A stretch of 42,697 nt of DNA from a virus: positions 1 through 42,697 of IMG/VR virus record IMGVR_UViG_2639762614_000001. One strand, 5' to 3'. Positions 7,864 to 15,522 of this stretch are shown piece after piece. The notes below the pieces were generated by a model. That model worked only from the letters and a program-made list of their open reading frames with translations, had not been told where the DNA came from and made no database searches. A program made the position numbers and the translations under genes. Position 1 is the stretch's first letter, and every line of letters starts with the position of its first letter.

Positions 7864-8488
7864 CGCGTGGCCCCGCGGACATGACCGAACGCCAGCTGAA
7901 GACCGCGAGCCTTACCCGGGCGATCTCTCACCCACGCGCAAGGAGTCGTTCCAGAGCGTCGTCGACGAGCTCGAGAAGTGGGAAGCCACCGAGGGCAGCG
8001 TCCGGATCGAGACGGCCTCCCAGCACTACGTCGACCGGCCGAACATCCCACATCAGCACGACAAGCCCGATGACGTCGGCGTCGCGGCGTACTTCCGACG
8101 CGAGGGCGAGGCCGCCGACGAGGAGTTCGGCGTCTCCTGTGACTGCTGGGAGACCCAACGCGAGAACGCCCGCGCGATCGCACTCTGGGCCCGCCGGCAG
8201 CGCCTGGCCGAACGGTGTGGGGTCCAGACGGCAGCCGATACCGTCGAGACCGCGCGGCTGCCCCCAGCTGACGAAGAGGCGATTGCGGCGCCGCCGGCTT
8301 CGAGCAGTGATGGTCTCGACGAGGAAGCGCACGAGATCCTCGGCGTTGCACCGGACGCTCCTGACGACGTCGTCGAAGCGGTCGCCCGGCGACTGTCGGC
8401 GAACGTCCATCCCGACAGCGACGATCCCGACGTCGGCGAGTACAAGAAGATTCAACGGGCGAAAGACACGATGCTCAGCGATGACTGA
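7853..8488 (+). CDS. J-domain (DnaJ-like) protein with an unknown N-terminal domain
   Basis: The C-terminus HEILGVAPDAPDDVVEAVARRLSANVHPDSDDPDVGEYKKIQRAKDTMLSD matches the J-domain consensus, including the HPD tripeptide. Confidence 0.75.
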   Translation: MSLDAWPRGHDRTPAEDREPYPGDLSPTRKESFQSVVDELEKWEATEGSVRIETASQHYVDRPNIPHQHDKPDDVGVAAYFRREGEAADEEFGVSCDCWETQRENARAIALWARRQRLAERCGVQTAADTVETARLPPADEEAIAAPPASSSDGLDEEAHEILGVAPDAPDDVVEAVARRLSANVHPDSDDPDVGEYKKIQRAKDTMLSDD

Positions 8489-8583
8489 GGGCGGGATCGA
8501 GGTTGTCGAGCAGCAAAAGCGTTGAAGCGATTGCGACAAACGAGTCAGCCTGATTTATTTATCCCCGAACAGAGATCAGGTCT

Positions 8584-8988
8584 ATGTACAGACAGGCAAT
8601 TCATTTCGGAACTATAATAGACAGAATTGAATCCTATCACGAGAATTCAGATTATGAGGACGACATCACGACGGGCGTCGGCAAACACCTCTTTGCTGTA
8701 TGTGACTCGCTAAAACGGGGAGTAAACACGTCTGGGCAAGCTGATGACTGTTATTTCTATATCAACACCGAGTTTTTCGAAGAGGTAATTGCCGAATTGG
8801 AGGAACAGCCACCACACAATCGCGGAATAGTCGTTCAACCAGAACAGTACTTTGGCCGCCCAGTTCGACCGAACGAAACGATGCCGAAAAACAGGCTACT
8901 TCTGACATCCCCCGATGCTGTTACACTTGGCGGAAAGGTGGTCGATCCAAACCATATCGGACTGGGGACAGTACTGCTTGACAGCTAA
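8584..8988 (+). CDS. Hypothetical protein (134 aa) in an AT-richer segment
   Basis: ATG 8584 is preceded by the TATA-like atttattta (8553-8561) inside a 6-bp inverted repeat cctgat/atcagg. The promoter resembles those of the small paralog family downstream. Confidence 0.6.
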   Translation: MYRQAIHFGTIIDRIESYHENSDYEDDITTGVGKHLFAVCDSLKRGVNTSGQADDCYFYINTEFFEEVIAELEEQPPHNRGIVVQPEQYFGRPVRPNETMPKNRLLLTSPDAVTLGGKVVDPNHIGLGTVLLDS

Positions 8989-8998
8989 CCCTGCCGAG

Positions 8999-9030
8999 TT
9001 TTATCCCGGAAGCCGCGGCCAACGCCGGCG
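8999..9030 (+). promoter_or_regulatory. Promoter/5' element of paralog A1 (TATA-like ttttatcc plus the conserved 21 nt aagccgcggccaacgccggcg)
   Basis: A 24-nt string including the ATG (9010-9033) is identical at 9489-9512 and 10636-10659. TATA-to-ATG distance is ~27 nt in all three copies. Confidence 0.55.
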
Positions 9031-9249
9031 ATGTCTCTCACCGATCGACAGGAGGGCCTCCTGATCGCTGTCGCACTAATCGAGTTCTTAGTCCACTACG
9101 AGAGCGCTGATCTCGAACTCTCGAGCAAAGCGTGGCAGCTGGCCGCCGACCGCCTCGTCGATCACGATGTCGGGCCGCGGAAGGCCCGCAACCAGAACCA
9201 GTTATCGTTCGGCAAATGGGCCAACAAATTGATACGATACCAATTCTGA
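9031..9249 (+). CDS. Small helical protein, paralog A1 (72 aa)
   Basis: MSLTDRQEGLLIAVALIEFLVHYESADLELSSKAWQLAADRLVDHDV is paralogous to 10657..10851. Confidence 0.65.
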   Translation: MSLTDRQEGLLIAVALIEFLVHYESADLELSSKAWQLAADRLVDHDVGPRKARNQNQLSFGKWANKLIRYQF

Positions 9250-9256
9250 GTAGCAA

Positions 9257-9445
9257 ATGGCGAGAGATGAGGATTCTGTCGGCACCCAACTGAATCCGAC
9301 TTCGAGGCATACTGCTCTCTCGCCGCCCTGAGATCGTTCATTGTCAATAGCCATATTGTCACCCGATCTCAGACCCGCTACCCACCGTTTGCCACTTCAT
9401 CAAATGGATGGGGGCTCCAACGCTGGCCTCTGGCCGGCGTTTCTT
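9257..9445 (+). ncRNA. R element copy 1: ~185-nt repeat with two conserved hairpins and a T-run (candidate structured 3'UTR or sRNA)
   Basis: Stem-loop 9328-9336/9364-9372 (9 bp). GC hairpin 9419-9428/9432-9441 (10 bp with one G-U, triloop), followed by tcttg. Homologous to 9682-9860 and 10252-10437. Confidence 0.4.
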
Positions 9446-9478
9446 GAACGACTAAACTCATCGTGATAGGTCCTACTG

Positions 9479-9509
9479 TTTATATACCAAGCCGCGGCCA
9501 ACGCCGGCG
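9479..9509 (+). promoter_or_regulatory. Promoter/5' element of paralog A2 (tttatata plus the conserved 21 nt)
   Basis: See 8999..9030. Confidence 0.5.
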
Positions 9510-9596
9510 ATGCCTCTCACCGATCGTCGCGAAGACCTCCTGATCGCCGTCGCCCAGGAAAAACCGGATTTGGATGAAAACGAGAGCGGCGAATAA
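9510..9596 (+). pseudogene. Truncated paralog A2 (28 codons: MPLTDRREDLLIAVAQEKPDLDENESGE)
   Basis: The first 15 codons align with A1/A3, then the sequence diverges and stops early. Confidence 0.5.
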
Positions 9597-9681
9597 TCGA
9601 TCCGTGATTAGCCATTCCGACCGGTAACGGCCCTGGATCCCCACTATGGGGCCAGTAGAGTTAATTGGTTACAGTACTGAA

Positions 9682-9860
9682 ATGCTGGCGACGAGAGATG
9701 GGGGGATCCGGTCGAACACCCATTCCCAGATCCGCTCCGAGACATACCTCTCGTCACTCCTGAGATCGGTCTACCGAACGCCACCGGCCCCCGATTTCAG
9801 ACCCCACCCGACCACTTGAGGGCTGGGGGTTCCGACGTCGGCCTCTGGCCGGCGCTTCTT
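9682..9860 (+). ncRNA. R element copy 2
   Basis: Stem-loop 9760-9769/9791-9800 (10 bp with one G-U). GC hairpin 9836-9843/9847-9854, followed by cttctt. Confidence 0.4.
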
Positions 9861-10251
9861 GAGAGAATTGAAATGAAATGTCCGGCATGGTTAGGGTGCT
9901 ACGACATCTGCCGGACACCACGGTAAGATGCCAACAGGCGCTGATTGGATCGATCGGGGTGTCACGCACAGCGGAGTTGCGCGACAACGAAGATGTTCGG
10001 CTTGACTATTATCAACTTCCACCCGATTCCCAATCACTCGAAATCGTCTGTCCGCTTGAATAAGGGACCTCATGGATACTGCTGTGATCATCGATCGACA
10101 GACGGCATAAAATGCGGAAGTCTGGTGACGGACTGCGCTCCACGACGGACGAGACGTGGAGGCGTTCCGCTATATTCTGAACATAGCATTATTGGTTGGG
10201 TTCATTCTCAGATGGCCAATACATTCATGCGATGAGATAACTATGGGTCAG

Positions 10252-10437
10252 ATGGCGGGGGAAGGTTCAGTCATTCAACTAAGCCCGCCTGTCCACCACG
10301 ACAGGCCAATCCTGCCTTCGAGATCGTCCCAACGAGGGGTCAATAACCATATTGCCACACACGATCTCGGACCCACCCAGATCGGACACCCACCATCAGG
10401 TTGGGAAGCTTCAACGCTGGCCACTGGCCGGCGTTTT
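10252..10437 (+). ncRNA. R element copy 3
   Basis: Stem-loop 10317-10326/10362-10371 (10 bp, one G-U, one compensatory C:G replacing U:A of copy 1). GC hairpin 10413-10422/10426-10435, followed by tt. A degenerate promoter-like ctatattctgaa lies at ~10170. Confidence 0.4.
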
Positions 10438-10625
10438 CTCTCGAGAGAACCAAATCACGTTGGGGACACCGATATAATCCTGACGGCGCTACGTAGGAGT
10501 ACGGCAGGGTTCCACATCATCACCTGCGCCAGACACGCATACTGCCCTGCCAGCGTACCCCCCTTCATAACCACCAAATCTTTCCTTTTATCGAGCGACC
10601 ACGTCCAGTAGCGCTGAGCCTGATG

Positions 10626-10656
10626 TTTATATTCGAAGCCGCGGCCAACGCCGGCG
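10626..10656 (+). promoter_or_regulatory. Promoter/5' element of paralog A3 (tttatatt plus the conserved 21 nt)
   Basis: See 8999..9030. Confidence 0.5.
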
Positions 10657-10851
10657 ATGCTCACCGATCGACAAGAAGATTTCCTGGTCGCCGTCGCACT
10701 GACCGAGTTCTCGGTTCACTACGAACGTGCTGAGCCTGAACTCTCGGAAGAAGCCTGGCAGCTGGCCGCTGATCGCCTCGTTGATCGCGACGTCGAGCCT
10801 TCCGAGGCCATCGCGGAACTCGAAATCGACAGCCGAGATCACGCTACTTGA
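10657..10851 (+). CDS. Small helical protein, paralog A3 (64 aa)
   Basis: MLTDRQEDFLVAVALTEFSVHYERAEPELSEEAWQLAADRLVDRDV. Its 3' end overlaps the convergent gene 10839..11321 by 13 nt. Confidence 0.65.
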   Translation: MLTDRQEDFLVAVALTEFSVHYERAEPELSEEAWQLAADRLVDRDVEPSEAIAELEIDSRDHAT

Positions 10852-11321
10852 AAACCCTTGTACTTGTCGCGAAAATGGGTGAGCTGATGCGCTCTGTCGA
10901 TCTTTTCCTGTGCGCGTTCTTTATTTTGCTTGATCCTGGACATCGGTTGCTCCAGGAAGGATTCAAGCATGGAATCATCTAACCGGTCAGAGTGAACATA
11001 CGCTTCTGCCTCATCCTCACTCAGCAGGCCCTCCTCAGTTAACTTTTCCACCCTCTTACCGGACGTATTCTCCTCCCGCAAAATACCGATCGTCACCTCT
11101 GCTTTTTCAAATATTGCTTCCGCGGTTTCTAACTCCCCCTTGAGTTCAGCCTCGGGTGTATCGAATACCGTTTCGGCATCCTGTTTGGGTGGATCCATGA
11201 TTGTGAAATAGACGTATGCTTTCGCTTGATCTTCGTCATGGAGTCTGATTTGAAATAACTCGTCAGCGATATCGTTCGGATCTGAGTTGCGAACGCTCCC
11301 TTTGTCCATACCCAGACACAT
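10839..11321 (-). CDS. Hypothetical protein (160 aa; alternative start ATG 11309)
   Basis: Long ORF in an AT-richer segment, acidic with coiled-coil-like composition. The TATA-like aaatatttt upstream fits a leaderless start at 11309. Confidence 0.6.
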   Translation of the reverse strand: MCLGMDKGSVRNSDPNDIADELFQIRLHDEDQAKAYVYFTIMDPPKQDAETVFDTPEAELKGELETAEAIFEKAEVTIGILREENTSGKRVEKLTEEGLLSEDEAEAYVHSDRLDDSMLESFLEQPMSRIKQNKERAQEKIDRAHQLTHFRDKYKGFQVA

Positions 11322-11416
11322 GCAGCGTATGACAAAATATTTGCTGAGATCACCGGTTCGGCCGAGAGGCCATAGCCGACGGAACTCTTATCACGAAACC
11401 ATCCAATCGAGGAGAC

Positions 11417-11959
11417 ATGAACCGGCGGAAGCTCTTGCTTGGAAGTGGTGCTGCATTCTCGACGATCCTCGCCGGCTGCTCGAGCGATGAGACCAGCGAC
11501 GGAAACGGGAATGGAAACGGCCAGACCGAGTCCACTGACGACTCCGGGAATGGCGGCAGTGCCGAGGCCGACTTCGCAGTCACCTACAACTGGAAACGGT
11601 ACGATCGGTTCACTACGCCAGAGAACGAAGACGTCTACTACAAGTCTGATGACGAGACGCAGTACGTCGGCGCCCAACTCCAGGCAACGAACCAGACCGA
11701 CGAAGAACTCTCGCTCGGCGAGTTCGAACTCTCGGTCCTCGTCGGCGGAGATACCGACGATGTCTCGATCCACGCCCAGAGTAAGACCGAGCCGCTCGAG
11801 GCGATCGGCGCTGGCGAGACCGCCGAGACGTGGCTTTTCTTCACAGTGCCCCCCGAGGCTGAGGATATCGAGTTTGGGACCACGCAGTGGACCGAGCACT
11901 CGTTCGATCTGACCCACGACGAAGATCTCGAGATCGCGCTCGAGGAGTACGAGGAGTGA
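11417..11959 (+). CDS. Secreted Tat-lipoprotein with a DUF4352-like Ig-fold domain
   Basis: MNRRKLLLGSGAAFSTILAGCSS has a twin-arginine motif and a lipobox Cys. This is followed by an acidic GNGNG linker and a beta-rich domain ending ...AETWLFFTVPPEAEDIEF. Confidence 0.75.
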   Translation: MNRRKLLLGSGAAFSTILAGCSSDETSDGNGNGNGQTESTDDSGNGGSAEADFAVTYNWKRYDRFTTPENEDVYYKSDDETQYVGAQLQATNQTDEELSLGEFELSVLVGGDTDDVSIHAQSKTEPLEAIGAGETAETWLFFTVPPEAEDIEFGTTQWTEHSFDLTHDEDLEIALEEYEE

Positions 11960-11996
11960 CCGCTCGCACACTTTCGAGCAGCAGTAGCATACACAG

Positions 11997-13301
11997 TTAG
12001 CCCTTCTGCAGCAGTTCGAGGACAGCACTGTACGGATTCGAGAGGCGCTCCTCGCGAGATATTGACCAGCCGGTGAGGATGTACTCACCGTTTTCGACAT
12101 CAGAGTCAGGCGGTGCTCCGAGGTCACAGGTGAGTTCTTCGCCAGGCAGCGTATCGACAGCGATATTCGATCCGTCAGGAACCGATCGGATTTGAGTCGC
12201 TTCGACGCGGCTCCCGATCGCGAACAGAACTGACGCCAGCGCCCCGTCGAGCATGACCTCGAGAGAGAGCTGTGTGATTCCCGAGTTAGATTCGTATTCG
12301 ACAGGCCGGACAGCGCGCAGTGGGAGGTTAAGCGTCTCGACTGGCCAGGCCAGCGTCCATGGCGAGTCGGTGACTGTGATATCTGTCACGTCTTCGCTAC
12401 CGGAAGCCGTCGCGATCGCGCGGTACAGACCAACATCGTCCCCCTCCGGCGTCCATCTCAGCGTGATGTCCGTCGTCGATTGGACATCGAGCGAGACGCG
12501 CTGCTCGTCGACCACCATCGGCTCGGGATCGATCTCTGGCGGCTGGCGGGGACGGGGCTCCTCGAGGCCGACGTCGAGTTCAAGCTCGTATCGCCGTGGC
12601 GCCGCCTCGGCTGCGCTGAACGACTCCGGGACCACCGCCCGCTCGCTGAACGGCGGCGAGAGTTCACTAGGAGGTATGATCGTCAACGGCTCGGTTCCGT
12701 CACGGGGGATGCGACGAAATGCACCGTAGGCCGTCTCCTCACGATCGACATCTGTCCCCTGATAGCGCTCGAGATCGTCGACCTTCTGTCGCGCGACGGT
12801 CGCTGAAAAGGCGATACGATCGTGATCGGTTTCAATACTCGCTGGAGTGAGGAGGACCATCCGATCCGCATCAACTGATGTCGGGAGCGACCAGGCGGTC
12901 GGCGCCGTCCACTTCGTCGAAGCGACCCCAGATCCGGTGGCGACCGTCGTCCGTGAGGATGAGGGGATCGATCGGCGTACCGAGGCTGCTCCGGCGCCGT
13001 GTGCGGTCGTAGTCCGCGTCCCATCGAGTGTCCGGCCTGTCACGCCGGCGCCGCCCGGGGTCTCCCCATGGACCGAACGCGGGCCGTCGAACGCACGGGT
13101 GACCGAAGCGTCCGATGTCCCGCTCGCGATAACCTGACGTGTCCTGACGTCGACCATGACGGTCGTACTGGCCGAGTCGTCCGGCGACGCCGTCGTCGCT
13201 GTCCAGTCTCCGTCGTCGGAGGTATCGGAGTCCCAGTTGAGGGTGATCCGCTTCGTCGACTCGGCAGCGGTTTGGACGCTTTGACTATCGACCTGTGGCA
13301 T
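11997..13301 (-). CDS. Distal tail / baseplate-region structural protein (434 aa), last gene of the morphogenesis operon
   Basis: Position at the end of the tail module. Ser/Thr/Asp-rich beta-type composition. Confidence 0.6.
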   Translation of the reverse strand: MPQVDSQSVQTAAESTKRITLNWDSDTSDDGDWTATTASPDDSASTTVMVDVRTRQVIASGTSDASVTRAFDGPRSVHGETPGGAGVTGRTLDGTRTTTAHGAGAASVRRSIPSSSRTTVATGSGVASTKWTAPTAWSLPTSVDADRMVLLTPASIETDHDRIAFSATVARQKVDDLERYQGTDVDREETAYGAFRRIPRDGTEPLTIIPPSELSPPFSERAVVPESFSAAEAAPRRYELELDVGLEEPRPRQPPEIDPEPMVVDEQRVSLDVQSTTDITLRWTPEGDDVGLYRAIATASGSEDVTDITVTDSPWTLAWPVETLNLPLRAVRPVEYESNSGITQLSLEVMLDGALASVLFAIGSRVEATQIRSVPDGSNIAVDTLPGEELTCDLGAPPDSDVENGEYILTGWSISREERLSNPYSAVLELLQKG

Positions 13302-13302
13302 C

Positions 13303-13506
13303 TTACTGTTCCTCGACGGTTAGGGTGACATCTTGAGTCCCCTCACCGCCGACGTTCTGCACTTCGACGTCGACCTCGAGGGTCTGGCCGGCCTCGACGG
13401 GGGAGTTCGTCGAGATGATTGTCACATGATAGTGCGGCTCGTCTTCGCCCCACGGACCGGTCCCCCATCCGCGGCGGCCCCATCCGGTATACTGTCCGTC
13501 GGTCAT
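13303..13506 (-). CDS. Small tail-module protein (67 aa)
   Basis: Tightly packed in the tail operon. Beta-rich ...HYHVTIISTNSPVEAGQTLEVDVEVQNVGGEGTQDVTLTV. Confidence 0.55.
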   Translation of the reverse strand: MTDGQYTGWGRRGWGTGPWGEDEPHYHVTIISTNSPVEAGQTLEVDVEVQNVGGEGTQDVTLTVEEQ

Positions 13507-13509
13507 CGA

Positions 13510-13785
13510 TCACTCCCTCCCGCGATCGGGCCCGCCGCCCGGGCCTCGACCGCGACCTCGCTCGGCCTCCTCACGATCGGCCTCGAGTTCCTCGACCCGG
13601 CGAAGGAGGTACTCTTCGAGTGGCGTCAGGTCGGAGAAGTCGATCAACTCCTCGAGCTCCTCGAGGCGATCGCCACCGACCTCGATCGACCCGTCGTCGC
13701 GGCGGCTTGCGCGACGTTTCTTGACGTGATCCGGTGGACCCGCATGATCCGGCGGGCCAGCACCATCTGGGGGCCCTTGGCTCAT
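13510..13785 (-). CDS. Small charged tail-module protein (91 aa)
   Basis: ATGA-type overlap with the upstream gene (13782-13785). Contains a GPPD(G/H)A repeat and a charged helix. Confidence 0.5.
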   Translation of the reverse strand: MSQGPPDGAGPPDHAGPPDHVKKRRASRRDDGSIEVGGDRLEELEELIDFSDLTPLEEYLLRRVEELEADREEAERGRGRGPGGGPDRGRE

Positions 13786-14234
13786 GCTGATACCACCTCG
13801 ATTTCGAGAGTCCTTGTGTTTTGAAGGTTCTCTGCTTCTGCTCGCACCTCAATTACGCTGCCCGCCGATGCAGTTGACGTAATGCTCTCGGTCACACTCT
13901 CACCGTCTATCGCCACCTCGAAGGGGTCCCCGCCAACCAGTAGAGTCGCGCTGTGGTCACCCTCCGTAGGAGTCGACAGTGTGACGGCCACTGTGTCTTT
14001 GCCGTCGTTGACGATCGTTCCGCTTGACAGTTCAATGTCCATCGGCGGATCGAGCCGACTGTATTCCCAGTGAGGTATTTTTTCATGTGCGGCTGGACCA
14101 TCGACATATTCGACACTCGCAACTTCATCACGAACGTCTTTAGGCCCCGTTTCCCAGTTGCCGAATCTGGTTACTACACGACCCTGATCATCAAGCAAGT
14201 ATCCGTTCGGCTTTTCTATTTCTATTTGTGTCAT
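13782..14234 (-). CDS. Tail-module protein (150 aa), downstream of the fibre gene
   Basis: Operon position. AT-richer than the rest of the structural block. Confidence 0.6.
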   Translation of the reverse strand: MTQIEIEKPNGYLLDDQGRVVTRFGNWETGPKDVRDEVASVEYVDGPAAHEKIPHWEYSRLDPPMDIELSSGTIVNDGKDTVAVTLSTPTEGDHSATLLVGGDPFEVAIDGESVTESITSTASAGSVIEVRAEAENLQNTRTLEIEVVSA

Positions 14235-14243
14235 TGTATTCTA

Positions 14244-15101
14244 TCAGTTGGTAAGTTCTTGCTCCCACCAGTCAATCAGTGAAGTGTCAGCTGTAGATGA
14301 GGGAGACGCCTCATATTCCCATCCATCAGGAACTGTTGCAGATACTGTAAAAGTTGTTTGAGTAGATAAGTTGGCATTTTCATGAGCGATTGCAATTTTA
14401 TCTACACAGTCAGAAAAAGTGCTTAAATTAGATGATGCAACATATAGACCCGCCTCAAAATAACCATCGGGCGAATTATCTAACTCAATCAGGACTTTTA
14501 CCTCTATTGGATCGCCTGTTGTATTTTGATATATAGTGGAGAAATTCCTATCTGAAGTCTTCGAAACATACCCTTGTGGGTCGAAGCCACTAACAGCATC
14601 TGACCAATTTGCAACGTTTCCATCGGTCGTTAATATCTGCCCAGCAGTCCCACCTGAACCAGCCAGATCGGCAGCGTCGACGTCTCCTTCGACAGCGCTG
14701 CGAATCTCGGAGTTGGTCCGTATGTCGTTTGTCCCGGCGACATCGCCGTTACTCCCGTGTACGGACGTCGCGTTTTCGTGGTCCGAGAGGAAGGTGTCGA
14801 GCGCCGAGATATCGTCCGAGTTGGTATCGGCAAGCGACTCGACAGACTCGAGCCGCGTCGTCAGGTCCGACTTCCCCCACGAGTTACCGTCGCCCTCGTA
14901 CCAGTCGCCGGTATCCGTCTCATAGTACAGCGCGCCGGCGTGCGGCGTGTAGTTGGATCGATTCGAGTTCGTGTTCCTGACGACGACTTTGTCCTCGAGC
15001 GGCGAGACGAGCTCATTGATGATGGTGTCGCCCCAGTTATCGACGTGATCCCCCTGCTGGAGCAGCGGGAACTCGTGATTGTCGGAGTTATTATGTGCCA
15101 T
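14244..15101 (-). CDS. Tail fibre / receptor-binding protein candidate (285 aa)
   Basis: Position after the distal tail proteins. Asn/Ser/Thr/Asp-rich. The C-terminal third (about 14244-14640) is conspicuously AT-rich compared with its own 5' part. Confidence 0.6.
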   Translation of the reverse strand: MAHNNSDNHEFPLLQQGDHVDNWGDTIINELVSPLEDKVVVRNTNSNRSNYTPHAGALYYETDTGDWYEGDGNSWGKSDLTTRLESVESLADTNSDDISALDTFLSDHENATSVHGSNGDVAGTNDIRTNSEIRSAVEGDVDAADLAGSGGTAGQILTTDGNVANWSDAVSGFDPQGYVSKTSDRNFSTIYQNTTGDPIEVKVLIELDNSPDGYFEAGLYVASSNLSTFSDCVDKIAIAHENANLSTQTTFTVSATVPDGWEYEASPSSTADTSLIDWWEQELTN

Positions 15102-15491
15102 TTAGACCACCTCCGGAAGCTCGACCGTGTGCACGATTTCGAGTTTGTCGTTACTGTCGACGATCGCGTTCGCCCCCTGAAAGAGGTCCTCGTGCATCGG
15201 GCTCGTATCGGCGAGCGCGGCACCGGTGGTGACATCGGCGCTGTCCGTATACAGCGCCGAGCCCTGAAACTCGGTCGGAGTCGAGATATCGCCGTCCAAG
15301 CCGGCGATGTTGATCGTCAGGTCGATCGGGTTGTTCGCCGGGTCCGACCACGACGCCCGGGAGTCGTTATGAATATCGATCACCGCCTCGATCACTCCGT
15401 CGGCGTCGACGAGGCCGGCGTGCGTCCAGCCGCTCGTCGAGACGACGTAGCTTCGTAGGTCTTCGTAACCGTACGCTTCGAAATCGCTCAT
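15102..15491 (-). CDS. Tail-module protein (129 aa)
   Basis: The start of the next gene directly abuts its stop. Operon position. Confidence 0.6.
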   Translation of the reverse strand: MSDFEAYGYEDLRSYVVSTSGWTHAGLVDADGVIEAVIDIHNDSRASWSDPANNPIDLTINIAGLDGDISTPTEFQGSALYTDSADVTTGAALADTSPMHEDLFQGANAIVDSNDKLEIVHTVELPEVV

Positions 15492-15522
15492 GTATTGTTT
15501 CTATCTGGTGGGTTTGCGGGCA

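Noticed and set aside
9878-10063. 61-aa ORF right after R element copy 2
   Set aside because: No promoter-like box, no paralog, and AT-rich filler sequence. It is kept as unresolved rather than annotated.
10156-10611. 151-aa plus-strand ORF spanning R element copy 3
   Set aside because: The composition is basic, Pro/Ser/His-rich and non-halophilic. The homologous stretches in copies 1 and 2 contain stops and frame changes. Conservation is better explained by the hairpins.
8999-10659. Possible mini-CRISPR array, because of the thrice-repeated 24-nt string
   Set aside because: The spacings (479 and 1,147 nt) are far too large and unequal. Each repeat includes a start codon of a paralogous ORF, and it has no repeat-spacer periodicity.
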